Below are positions 46,770-56,070 of a DNA stretch of 64,000 nucleotides, one piece after another. The position numbers and the translations under genes are program-made. A model generated the notes under the pieces. That model ran no database searches and had not been told where the DNA came from. It was given only the letters and a program-made list of their open reading frames with translations. Location of the stretch: the NCBI GenBank assembly GCA_030693325.1, contig JAUYAV010000019.1, positions 65,324 to 129,323 on the forward strand, written 5' to 3'. How positions within the stretch are numbered: position 1 is the first letter of the stretch; every line of letters starts with the position of its first letter. This stretch comes from a bacterium. Lineage in GTDB: Bacteria; Patescibacteriota; Minisyncoccia; UBA6257; MFKM01.

Positions 46770-47243
46770 CTAGAGGGCTCTCGTTATCTGCTGATAGGGA
46801 TTCTGGCTGTTGTAGGTCAAAGAAAGGTTGATCTGGACAATGGCGTGGGCCTGGGGGTTTTCGTATTTGATGGCTTCAAACTGGGCAACCTTCACCTGGC
46901 TGTTGGTCAGGGAGTAGGTTTCTCCCGTGCCCTGCTTCAGATAAATACCATTGGCATCGGAGGAAATAATGGTGGGGTCCAAAGAAGACGAAGCCATTCT
47001 CAAGACCAGACTGGAAGAAGCCACTCCGGCCGGGTTCTCTATATTGGCGCTGTCTCTGACCAATCTTTGAATAGTTGACTGGACAAACGACAATTGCTGG
47101 GTGAGCTCGGAATCAGCCGAGGTCTGGGTCTGGACCCGGGTGAAGGTGATGAGAACTCCGGAGAAGACCCCGACGGAGATGGAGAAGATGGCAGTATAGA
47201 TTAAAAGCTCAATAAGAGTGAAACCTTTTTGAGATTTATTCAT
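46770..47243 (-). CDS. Type IV prepilin-type N-terminal protein, interrupted by in-frame TAG
   Basis: KGFTLIELLIY class III signal; the frame continues RAL*IAIGRVSAATFD into the next ORF. Confidence 0.85.
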   Translation of the reverse strand: MNKSQKGFTLIELLIYTAIFSISVGVFSGVLITFTRVQTQTSADSELTQQLSFVQSTIQRLVRDSANIENPAGVASSSLVLRMASSSLDPTIISSDANGIYLKQGTGETYSLTNSQVKVAQFEAIKYENPQAHAIVQINLSLTYNSQNPYQQITRAL

Positions 47244-47338
47244 ATATAGTGGTATTATAACATTTTTTATTTCAAACGTTGATGCGCTTCGCTTTTTATC
47301 TTGGCGTAAAAGGGTTTAAGGGATATTATTAAACAGAG

Positions 47339-48076
47339 ATGCTGAAATTTATAATATTTTTTTCTGTTTTTATTTTGTTAGCCACTGGCGCTATTTATTT
47401 TGTTTTTCATTCCCATTTTTTGAAAGTAGCTGCAGTGGATATTGTCGGTTCGTTAAGAGCTGAAGAAATTAAAGAAGTATTAATTGATAATTTATTAAAA
47501 ACTTCAAAGATTCGCTCCTGGCTCGGTCCGGAAAATCTGCTTTTTTGGCCGTCAAAGATTTCAAACATTCCGGCATCTTTATATTGGCTTTCAGGTTTAA
47601 GTTTAGAAAAAAATTGGCAAGAGAAAATAATTACTCTTAACGCGAAAGAACGCGAGCCCTGGCTCTTGTGGTGTCTGACGGACAGCGGCAATTGTTATTG
47701 GCTTGACGAGCAGGGAATCGTTTTTTCTTCCGCTCCCGAAGCCGAAGGGTTTCTTGTCTCCAAGGTGTCCGAGCAAGGCGACCGCCGACAGCTTTCGCTC
47801 GGCCAGCTATTTTATGATAATTCTCAATTTGCCGAAAATACTTTAGAAATTATTAAACAGATAAAAAATTCTTCATTAGCGGTTTCCAGATTTTCAATTG
47901 AGAACCCGAACTTGGAGGAATTAACCGTTGAAACCACCGGGCCGAAATTATATTTCAGTTTGCGTTTTTTGCCTCAAAATTTTGATAAAGTTTTAAATGA
48001 TTTAATCAATCGACCGAATTTTAGAAAATTGGAATATATTGATTTTCGCGTGGAAAACAGAATATACTATAAATAA
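47339..48076 (+). CDS. FtsQ/DivIB-like cell division protein
   Basis: N-terminal TM, KEREP, CYWLDEQG, LEYIDFRVENRIYYK. Confidence 0.7.
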   Translation: MLKFIIFFSVFILLATGAIYFVFHSHFLKVAAVDIVGSLRAEEIKEVLIDNLLKTSKIRSWLGPENLLFWPSKISNIPASLYWLSGLSLEKNWQEKIITLNAKEREPWLLWCLTDSGNCYWLDEQGIVFSSAPEAEGFLVSKVSEQGDRRQLSLGQLFYDNSQFAENTLEIIKQIKNSSLAVSRFSIENPNLEELTVETTGPKLYFSLRFLPQNFDKVLNDLINRPNFRKLEYIDFRVENRIYYK

Positions 48077-48079
48077 CAA

Positions 48080-49870
48080 ATGTCCAAAAAAATTCCTTTT
48101 TTCGTTTTAATTTTAATTCTTGTCGTTTCTTTTTTTGCGATGATTTCCGTATCAAAGCAGGAATCGGCGATAATGGACGAACTAGCTCATATCCCGGCCG
48201 GTTATAGTTATCTGCGCTATCTGGATTTTCGTTTAAACCCCGAACATCCGCCTTTGATAAAAGCGATCTCGGCGATTCCTTTGATGTCTATGGGATTGTC
48301 TTTTCCGGTTACTCAACCGAGTTGGACTGATAATATCAACGACCAATGGGTGGCGGGCAATCAATTCATTTATAAATCCGGCAACGATGCTGATAGGATT
48401 ATTTTCTGGGCGCGGCTTGGGCCGATTCTTTTGACGCTTTTGCTGGTTGTATTGATTTATATTTGGGCCAGGGAATTATTGGGTGGCTGGTGGGGGCTTT
48501 TGCCGGCTTTTCTTTTCGCTTTTTCGCCTACCGTTTTGGCGCACGGCCATTACGTCACCACCGATATCGGAGCGGCTTTCGGCGTAGTTCTGGCGACTTA
48601 TTTTTTCATCAAATTCCTCCTGAAACCCACCGGCAAGTATTTGATTTTCGCCGGCCTGGCTTTCGGCGTGGCTGAATTAATGAAATTTTCAACAGTGCTT
48701 TTAATTCCTTATTTTATTGCGCTGGTTTTAGTTTGGACTATCCGCAAATTGCCCGCGCAGGCAGGCAGAAGATTTTGGCGGAAGCTTCTTTTTTTGGCGG
48801 CTATTTTTGTTATCGGTTACGTTTTGGTTTACTTGGTTTATTTTCTTTTTACCTTGAATTATCCGATTTCCAAACAGGTCGCCGATACCCAATCTATTTT
48901 AACTTCTTTTAAAACTCGCCTGTTTGCCGATATTGACATTAAAATGGCCGGCGATAAATTTCTCCGGCCGCTGGCGCACTATCTTTTGGGCGTGTTAATG
49001 GTCAGCCAACGTTCCGTTGGCGGCAATACCGCTTATTTTCTGGGAGGAATTTCGGCCGCCGGTTGGTGGTATTATTTCCCGGTCGTCTTTTTGTTGAAAG
49101 AGCCGATTCCGTCTCTGATTTTAATTTTCATCGCTCTTATTTTTTGTTTATGGAATTTTATGAGAAGCATCAAGTTTAAAGCTTCATGCTTCATGCTTTA
49201 TGTTTCAAGATTTAAGGATTATCTGGGGACTCATTTGCCGGAATTCGCGATGCTCTTTTTTATTATTTTTTATTGGCTTTACAGCATGCAAGGCAAGTTG
49301 AATATCGGCGTCCGCCATATCCTGCCGACCATGCCTTTTATTTATATTTTGGCGGCCGCCGGATTAAAGAGTTGGGTAAATAATAAATTTTGGAAACATT
49401 CTTTCAAGATTTCCTTGATTTTCGTTTTACTTTTTTGGTATCTTTTGGAAACGATTTTTGCCTATCCTTTTTATCTTTCTTATTTCAATCAATTCGGCGG
49501 TGGCGTTTTCGGAGGATATCGCTATGTGACGGATTCCAATTACGATTGGGGTCAGGATTTGAAGCGATTGACGGTTTTCGTTGAAGAAAAAGGCATTCAA
49601 AAAATTGCCGTTGATTATTTCGGCGGCGGGGATACCAAATATTATTTAGGCGATAAAATGGAAAATTGGTGGTCCAATCGCGGCAATCCTCAAGACATCG
49701 GCATTGAATGGCTGGCTGTTTCTGTTAATACTCTGCAATCGGCTTTGGCCAAAGCCGCCCCTGGTTTTGAAAGAAAATCTGAAGACGAATATCGCTGGCT
49801 GCAGGAAATCAAAAATCCGTTTCAGCCGGATTACCGGATAGGGACATCAATATTCGTTTATAAACTTTAA
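48080..49870 (+). CDS. GT-C fold membrane glycosyltransferase (ArnT/PMT-like)
   Basis: DELAH, EHPPL, VTTD, DSNYDWGQDL; many TM helices. Confidence 0.85.
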   Translation: MSKKIPFFVLILILVVSFFAMISVSKQESAIMDELAHIPAGYSYLRYLDFRLNPEHPPLIKAISAIPLMSMGLSFPVTQPSWTDNINDQWVAGNQFIYKSGNDADRIIFWARLGPILLTLLLVVLIYIWARELLGGWWGLLPAFLFAFSPTVLAHGHYVTTDIGAAFGVVLATYFFIKFLLKPTGKYLIFAGLAFGVAELMKFSTVLLIPYFIALVLVWTIRKLPAQAGRRFWRKLLFLAAIFVIGYVLVYLVYFLFTLNYPISKQVADTQSILTSFKTRLFADIDIKMAGDKFLRPLAHYLLGVLMVSQRSVGGNTAYFLGGISAAGWWYYFPVVFLLKEPIPSLILIFIALIFCLWNFMRSIKFKASCFMLYVSRFKDYLGTHLPEFAMLFFIIFYWLYSMQGKLNIGVRHILPTMPFIYILAAAGLKSWVNNKFWKHSFKISLIFVLLFWYLLETIFAYPFYLSYFNQFGGGVFGGYRYVTDSNYDWGQDLKRLTVFVEEKGIQKIAVDYFGGGDTKYYLGDKMENWWSNRGNPQDIGIEWLAVSVNTLQSALAKAAPGFERKSEDEYRWLQEIKNPFQPDYRIGTSIFVYKL

Positions 49871-49894
49871 TTTTTTTAAATTTACAATTTATTT

Positions 49895-50902
49895 ATGAAA
49901 CTCTCAATCGGAATCGTCGGCTTGCCTAATGTCGGCAAGTCAACGTTATTCAAATTAATAACAAAACAAGAAGTTAATATCGCCAATTATCCTTTCGCCA
50001 CCATTGACCCGAATGTCGGCGTGGTTCCCGTTCCCGATGAGCGATTGGAAAAATTGGCGAAATTAAGCGCTTCAAAAAAAATTATTCCGGCGGTGGTGGA
50101 ATTTTACGATATTGCCGGCCTGGTCAAAGGCGCCAATAAAGGCGAGGGTTTGGGCAATCAGTTTTTGTCGCACATCAGGGAAGTAAACGCCGTAGTTGAG
50201 GTCGTCAGGTGTTTTCAGTTGGGCGAGATTATCCATGTTGAAAACAGAGTTGATCCCATAAAAGACATGGAAATCGTTAACACGGAACTGATTTTGAAAG
50301 ATTTGGAAATTGTTGAAAAAAGAGCCGCAAAACTGGAAGGGGAAATTAAAACAGGTGGCAATAAAAAAATAAAAGATTTTGAAACGGTTAAAAAAATCCA
50401 AGACGAACTGAATAAAAATATTTTGGCGGTTAATCTTGATAAAGATTTATTAAGCGAACCGGTTATCCAAGAATTGAATCTTTTGACTTCCAAGCCGCAG
50501 ATTTATCTTTTAAACGGCGCGGTTGGAGACGTTTCCGAGGAATTGAAAGCCGGAATTAAATCCCTCAAAGCTGATTATTTAATATCGGATTTGGGCATGG
50601 AGCAAAACGTGAATGACCTAATCAAAAAGGCGTACGAAATTCTCGGGCTAATCAGTTTTTTGACTACCGGCGAAGACGAAACCCGGGCCTGGACCGTCAA
50701 AAAAGGAGCCAAAGCGCCCGAAGCCGCCGGCGTTATTCACACCGATTTTGAAAATAAATTCATCAGAGCTGAAGTGGTTAATTGGGAAAAATTATTGGAA
50801 GCCGGCAGTTGGGTAAAGGCGAAACAAAAAGGCCTGGTTAGGATTGAAGGCAAGGATTATGAAGTTCAGGATGGCGATGTGATGGAAATAAGACATTCTT
50901 AG
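49895..50902 (+). CDS. ychF: Redox-regulated ATPase YchF
   Basis: GLPNVGKST, NYPFATIDPN, DIAGLV, TGS domain. Confidence 0.96.
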   Translation: MKLSIGIVGLPNVGKSTLFKLITKQEVNIANYPFATIDPNVGVVPVPDERLEKLAKLSASKKIIPAVVEFYDIAGLVKGANKGEGLGNQFLSHIREVNAVVEVVRCFQLGEIIHVENRVDPIKDMEIVNTELILKDLEIVEKRAAKLEGEIKTGGNKKIKDFETVKKIQDELNKNILAVNLDKDLLSEPVIQELNLLTSKPQIYLLNGAVGDVSEELKAGIKSLKADYLISDLGMEQNVNDLIKKAYEILGLISFLTTGEDETRAWTVKKGAKAPEAAGVIHTDFENKFIRAEVVNWEKLLEAGSWVKAKQKGLVRIEGKDYEVQDGDVMEIRHS

Positions 50903-50949
50903 TTTTGTTTGTCTTGAGTAAATCTCATAATTTTTATATATTTAACGAT

Positions 50950-53900
50950 ATGCTGAAAGACATTAAGAATCTGAAAAATTCCGAGCTTGAAGAAAAAGTT
51001 CTTAAATTCTGGCAGGAAAATAAAATTTTTGAGAAATCCCTGGAGAGACGAGCGAAGAAACCGCTTTTTTCTTTTTATGACGGACCGCCTTTCGCCAACG
51101 GTTTGCCTCACTACGGCCATATTTTAGCCACCGTTATTAAAGACGCTACGACCCGTTTTTGGACAATGGCCGGCTTCAGGGTTGAACGCCGGGTGGGCTG
51201 GGATACTCACGGTTTGCCCGTGGAAACCGAGATTGAAAAACAATTGAATCTCAAGGGCAAAAAAGACATTGAAAAATTCGGCATTGAAAAATTTAACGCC
51301 GCCTGCCGCGATTCGGTTTTCCGTTATAAAAAAGAATGGGAAAAAACTCTTGAAAGAGTCGGCCGCTGGGCTGATTATGGGAACGCTTACGCCACTTTGG
51401 ACAATTCCTACATGGAATCGGTCTGGTGGGTTTTTAAAAAACTTTGGGAACAAAAACTGATTTATAAAGATTTCCGGGTAACGCCGTATTGTTTCCGCTG
51501 TGGCACGCCTTTATCCAATTTTGAAGTAAATCAGGGCTACCGGGAAGCCGAAGACCCATCGGTTTACGTGAAATTTAAAATAAAAAATCCGAAATCTTCA
51601 AAAAACGAATATTTGCTGGTTTGGACGACTACCCCCTGGACATTGCCTGCCAATGCCGCCATTGCCGTTAATCCGGATTTAATTTATACGAAATATTCGG
51701 TGAATGGAGATTATCTTTTTTCTTATAGCGCGCCTCCGGCTTTAACCGGCGTTAAAATTGAAGCTGTTGAAAAAATTTCCGGCAAAAAACTTGCAGGTTT
51801 GGAATACGAGCCGCTTTATAAACTTGCAGGTTCGGAATTTAAAGTTAATGATTGTTATCGGGTTTTGCCGGCTGATTTTATTTCAACCGAAGAGGGGACG
51901 GGGTTGGTTCATATCGCGCCGGCTTTCGGAGAGGAAGACATGAAAGTGGGCAAAAAAAATAATCTTCCGGTTCTAATAACCGTGGATGAAGAGGGGAAAA
52001 TGAAAACGCCGGGTTATTCTTGGAACGGTTTGTTCGTCAAAGAAGCCGATAAAGTCATTTTTGAAGATTTAGAAAAAAGAAATCTTTTGTACAAAAAAGA
52101 AACCGTTCTTCACCAGTATCCTTTTTGCTGGCGCTGTGATTCGCCGTTGCTTTATTATCCTTTAAGCACCTGGTATATCGCCGTTGCCAAAATCAAAAAT
52201 AAATTAATAAAAAATAACAAGAAAATTCATTGGGTGCCGGAGCATATTAAAGAAGGAAGGTTCGGCAAGTGGCTGGCTGAAGCGCGGGATTGGGCTTTTT
52301 CCCGGAATCGTTTCTGGGGCGCGGCGTTGCCGATTTGGCAGTGCCAGTCCTGTCAGCAAAATATCGCCATAGGTTCCCTGAAAGAGTTGGCGCAATCGGC
52401 GGTTAATGCGAATAATCATTATTTTATTTTGCGGCATGGTCAGGCCGAATCAAACCATCATAAAATTATTTCTTGCTGGCCGGAAAAAATAACAGTCAAA
52501 CTTACTGACAAAGGAAGGGAACAAATTGAAAAAATCGCCCAAGTTTTAAACAAAAAAAATATTCAACTTATTTTTTCTTCGGACCTTTTGCGCACCAAAG
52601 AAACCGCCGGGATTGTTTCTAAAAAAATTAATATTCCGGTTAATTTTGACGAACGTTTAAGAGAATATAATGTCGGGGAATTCAACGGGCAACCGATAGA
52701 AAAATTCAACGATTTTATGGGCGAGAAAATAAATTTATTTTCTAAAACTCCCGAAGGAGGAGAGAATTTAAGCGATATTAGGAAACGGATGATGGATTCT
52801 ATTTTGGAATTGGAAAAAAAATATAAAAATAAAAATATTTTGATTGTCAGCCACGGCGATCCGCTCTGGATTTTGGAAGGAGCCAGCCAGGGGCTCAACG
52901 AGAAAGAGCTTGTAAAATCAATGGAAAATTACATTAAAGTAGGCGAACTGCGGGAAATCAAACTTTCCAATTTACCTTATGACGGGGAAGGGAAATTAGA
53001 TTTACATCGCCCTTATATAGACAAAATAGAATTGCGGTGTCCCGAATGTGAAGGCCGGGCCAAGCGTGTTTCGGAGGTTTTTGACTGCTGGTTTGAATCC
53101 GGCTCCATGCCTTACGGCCAATGGCATTATCCTTTTGAGAATAAAAATTTGGTGGAAAAAACTTTTCCCGCTGATTTCATCGCTGAAGGCCTGGACCAAA
53201 CCCGGGGCTGGTTTTACACTCTTCATGTTTTAGCCGGCGCTTTATTTAATAAACCGGCTTTTAAAAACGTAGTTGTTAACGGACTTGTTTTAGACGCCCG
53301 TGGAATGAAATTAAGCAAAAAACTGCGCAACTACGCCGAACCGGAAATAATTTTTGATAAATACGGGGCTGACGCTTTGCGTTATTTTCTTCTGAGCTCC
53401 ACTCAAATCGGCGAGGATTATCAGTTTTCCGAAAAAGGCGTGGCAGAAATTTTCCGGAAGGTGATTGATAAATTCAGGAATGTTTTCAATTTTTATCAGC
53501 TATACGCGGGGAATATCCGCATAAATCCCTGCCTGCCTGCCTGCAGAAGCGTTTCTTTATTGGATAAATGGATTTTAGCCCGGCTCAACGAAGTCATCTT
53601 AAAAATGACCGAAAAAATGGAGGCCTATGAACTTACCGATGCCACCAGAATTCTTATGGAATTTATTGACGACCTTTCAAATTGGTTTGTCAGGCGTTCC
53701 CGGAAAAGATTTTCGGGTGAAGATTCCAAACAGGCCTCGGCCGTGCTTGGTTATATAATTTTGGAAACCAGCAAATTAATGGCGCCTTTCGCCCCGTTTA
53801 TTAGCGAGGCGATTCATATGACTTTGACGCAAAATTCGGTTCATCTTGAAGATTGGCCCAAAGCTGATAAAAATCTGATTGATAAGAATTTGTTGGAATC

Positions 53901-54054
53901 AATGGTTGAAGTGCGGCGGTTGGCCAGTTTGGCTTTAGCCAAGAGATTGGAAGCCGTAATAAAAGTGAGACAGCCGCTGGCGTCATTAAAACTCAAAAAC
54001 TCAAAAACTCAAAAACAGCAAAGGACTATTAGATATTTTGAAAGACGAAATTAA
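50950..54054 (+). CDS. ileS: Isoleucine--tRNA ligase with inserted histidine-phosphatase domain; C-terminus frameshifted
   Basis: PPFANG.PHYGH, WTTTPWT, EGLDQTRGWF, KLSKK; LRHG insert; start placed at ATG 50950. Confidence 0.93.
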   Translation: MLKDIKNLKNSELEEKVLKFWQENKIFEKSLERRAKKPLFSFYDGPPFANGLPHYGHILATVIKDATTRFWTMAGFRVERRVGWDTHGLPVETEIEKQLNLKGKKDIEKFGIEKFNAACRDSVFRYKKEWEKTLERVGRWADYGNAYATLDNSYMESVWWVFKKLWEQKLIYKDFRVTPYCFRCGTPLSNFEVNQGYREAEDPSVYVKFKIKNPKSSKNEYLLVWTTTPWTLPANAAIAVNPDLIYTKYSVNGDYLFSYSAPPALTGVKIEAVEKISGKKLAGLEYEPLYKLAGSEFKVNDCYRVLPADFISTEEGTGLVHIAPAFGEEDMKVGKKNNLPVLITVDEEGKMKTPGYSWNGLFVKEADKVIFEDLEKRNLLYKKETVLHQYPFCWRCDSPLLYYPLSTWYIAVAKIKNKLIKNNKKIHWVPEHIKEGRFGKWLAEARDWAFSRNRFWGAALPIWQCQSCQQNIAIGSLKELAQSAVNANNHYFILRHGQAESNHHKIISCWPEKITVKLTDKGREQIEKIAQVLNKKNIQLIFSSDLLRTKETAGIVSKKINIPVNFDERLREYNVGEFNGQPIEKFNDFMGEKINLFSKTPEGGENLSDIRKRMMDSILELEKKYKNKNILIVSHGDPLWILEGASQGLNEKELVKSMENYIKVGELREIKLSNLPYDGEGKLDLHRPYIDKIELRCPECEGRAKRVSEVFDCWFESGSMPYGQWHYPFENKNLVEKTFPADFIAEGLDQTRGWFYTLHVLAGALFNKPAFKNVVVNGLVLDARGMKLSKKLRNYAEPEIIFDKYGADALRYFLLSSTQIGEDYQFSEKGVAEIFRKVIDKFRNVFNFYQLYAGNIRINPCLPACRSVSLLDKWILARLNEVILKMTEKMEAYELTDATRILMEFIDDLSNWFVRRSRKRFSGEDSKQASAVLGYIILETSKLMAPFAPFISEAIHMTLTQNSVHLEDWPKADKNLIDKNLLESMVEVRRLASLALAKRLEAVIKVRQPLASLKLKNSKTQKQQRTIRYFERRN

Positions 54055-54388
54055 CGTCAAAGAAATTATTTTTGATTCCGAAATAAAAGAGGAATTGGAA
54101 TTGGACACCAAAATAACGCCAGAGTTGAAAGCGGAAGGTGTTTTAAGGGATTTGACCCGGCTGGTTCAGGGTTTGCGCCAGGACGCCGGCTATCAGCCGA
54201 AGGACAAAATTATTTTGATGATTGAAGCCCCGGCGGAACTAAAAGAGATTTTGGAAAAGAATAATGTTTTTCTCAAAAAAGAAATCAACGCCCATGATAT
54301 TGAGCTAAGACATTCGGACAAGTTTGACGCGGAATCAAGCACTAAAATGAACGACTGGCAGATTTGGCTGGGAGTAAGAAAAATTTAA
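54038..54388 (+). CDS. ileS: C-terminal segment of IleRS in the +1 frame
   Basis: DEINVKEI, LDTKITPELKAEG..RDL.R..Q..R; frame is open back to 53990. Confidence 0.85.
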   Translation: MKDEINVKEIIFDSEIKEELELDTKITPELKAEGVLRDLTRLVQGLRQDAGYQPKDKIILMIEAPAELKEILEKNNVFLKKEINAHDIELRHSDKFDAESSTKMNDWQIWLGVRKI

Positions 54389-54410
54389 GAAATTTTATTG
54401 TTTTGTTTTC

Positions 54411-54444
54411 ATTCAGGTACTATCACGCGTGATAGTACCTGAAT
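54411..54444. promoter_or_regulatory. Perfect 34-bp palindrome with core ACTATCACGCGTGATAGT
   Basis: ATTCAGGTACTATCACG|CGTGATAGTACCTGAAT. Confidence 0.75.
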
Positions 54445-54454
54445 TTATACTATT

Positions 54455-54892
54455 TTATCCCTGGTAATTTAAAAATTTCCATCTTTTGCCGCCTTTGGTT
54501 GGAAAAGGGAAATTAAGCCAATAATCTAAGATTGTTTTTTGCGGCGGTAATCCTTTTTTGTGTTTTTCTATTTTTTCGCTTTTGCTTTTTTTGGCGTAAT
54601 AACGATTGCTTTGATAGCCGGATTGTTTTTCAATGCTCTTTTTAAGAGCGCTAATAGTGCTTGGAGAAATCCATAAAATTTCTTCTATTTCTTTATAGGA
54701 TTTTCCGGCTTTTATCATCGCCAGAGCCGTTAATCTTTTTATAATTAATTTTTTTTCGTTGGCGCTTAGTAAATTATCTAAAAAATTCTTTAATTGTTTT
54801 TCAGACCTCGCTCTTTCGGCATTTTCCAAAAATTTGGACCAAAGGAAATCCTCCCATTCTTTTCTTGATTTAAATTCAGAGATTTTTTTCAT
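54455..54892 (-). CDS. TrpR/YerC-like helix-turn-helix protein
   Basis: LLSANEKKLIIKRL..IKAGKSYKEIEEILWISPSTISAL. Confidence 0.78.
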   Translation of the reverse strand: MKKISEFKSRKEWEDFLWSKFLENAERARSEKQLKNFLDNLLSANEKKLIIKRLTALAMIKAGKSYKEIEEILWISPSTISALKKSIEKQSGYQSNRYYAKKSKSEKIEKHKKGLPPQKTILDYWLNFPFPTKGGKRWKFLNYQG

Positions 54893-54945
54893 AGATATTG
54901 TTCGGTCTATTTTAGCTAATTTTAAGATAAAATTTATTTTTATTC

Positions 54946-54967
54946 AAACTATCACGCGTGATAGTTT
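54946..54967. promoter_or_regulatory. 22-bp palindrome AAACTATCACGCGTGATAGTTT
   Basis: Same 18-bp core as 54411-54444, upstream of the TrpR-like gene. Confidence 0.75.
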
Positions 54968-55074
54968 ATTTGAGGGGCGTTTAAGAAATTTTATTTCGAG
55001 GTGTTTAAAAAAGCCGAAAACCCGAATTGTTTTTTGGCTTTTAGTTGATTTGGCGAGTCGCTCACTCTAGGGGT

Positions 55075-56064
55075 TTATTGGCGATACATTGCCCTTTTAA
55101 CGAGTTGCAGAGTTTCTTGGGCGTTAGCTCGGGCGATTTTGGCGCCTTCTTCCAGTATAGATGAGATGAACGAATTATTTTGAGACATCTCGCTTTTTTT
55201 AGCCTGAAATTCGGCCAAGAAATTATTAGTGATACGAATAAAAAGTTGCTTGAATTGTCCCATCACCGGTTTGCCTTTTTTGTGTTCCTTAATTAGAGAA
55301 TCTATTTCTTCTTTTTCTTGATCATTTTTACATAAACTTTTAGCAACAAGGATGTGACTTTCCAGTTTTTCGTTCATTGCTCCTTCGAATGCGGTTTCCG
55401 CGCCTTTAATTTTTCTGGCAACGGTTTTTGCGTCATCCGTAAGAAAAATGGCTCCTTCCGGAGAGCTTTTGCTCATTTTCCCTTCTCCTTTTAAAGAAAG
55501 GATTTTAAGCGCGTCTATTTGAAGGGGTTGTGGAAGCGGGAAAATTTTTCCATATTTTTTATTAAACCTTCTAGCGAGTTCTCGGCTCACTTCTAAGTGC
55601 GCGAGCTGGTCTTTTCCGACTGGAATTTTTTCTGCTCGCTGAAGCAATATGTCGGCAGTCATCATTACCGGATAAAGAAGGAGAAATGTATTCGCTGTTT
55701 CCGGTCGCACGTTGGCTTTTAATTTTTCTTTGAGGGTGGGGACTCTTAAAAGTTCAGACACGTTTATTAAACGAGATAGAAACATAGTCAAAACAGATAC
55801 CTCGTTTTCAATATCAGATTGTAAAAAGATTTTAGTTTTATCGGGATTTATTCCGAACGCGATGTAATCAGCAACAACTTCATTGACAAATTTTTTTGCA
55901 TTGGCCGGTTCATTGTCGGTTATGGCGTGAAGGTCGGCGACAAAAACCAAAGGGGATCGGCCTTTGTTTTGGAGTTCAACAATAGGTTTAATCGCTCCAA
56001 GATAATTGGCGATCGTCAAATCGCCAGTTGGGCGAATGCCTGTCAAAATTTCAATTTTAGTCAT
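55075..56064 (-). CDS. trpS: Tryptophan--tRNA ligase
   Basis: TGIRPTG, ADLHA, YPVMMTADIL, PVGKDQ, KMSKS. Confidence 0.95.
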   Translation of the reverse strand: MTKIEILTGIRPTGDLTIANYLGAIKPIVELQNKGRSPLVFVADLHAITDNEPANAKKFVNEVVADYIAFGINPDKTKIFLQSDIENEVSVLTMFLSRLINVSELLRVPTLKEKLKANVRPETANTFLLLYPVMMTADILLQRAEKIPVGKDQLAHLEVSRELARRFNKKYGKIFPLPQPLQIDALKILSLKGEGKMSKSSPEGAIFLTDDAKTVARKIKGAETAFEGAMNEKLESHILVAKSLCKNDQEKEEIDSLIKEHKKGKPVMGQFKQLFIRITNNFLAEFQAKKSEMSQNNSFISSILEEGAKIARANAQETLQLVKRAMYRQ

Positions 56065-56070
56065 TGTTTT

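Noticed and set aside
46770-46772. Genome-wide stop-codon reassignment
   Set aside because: TAG ends several conserved genes at expected positions, and long conserved genes are intact under code 11.
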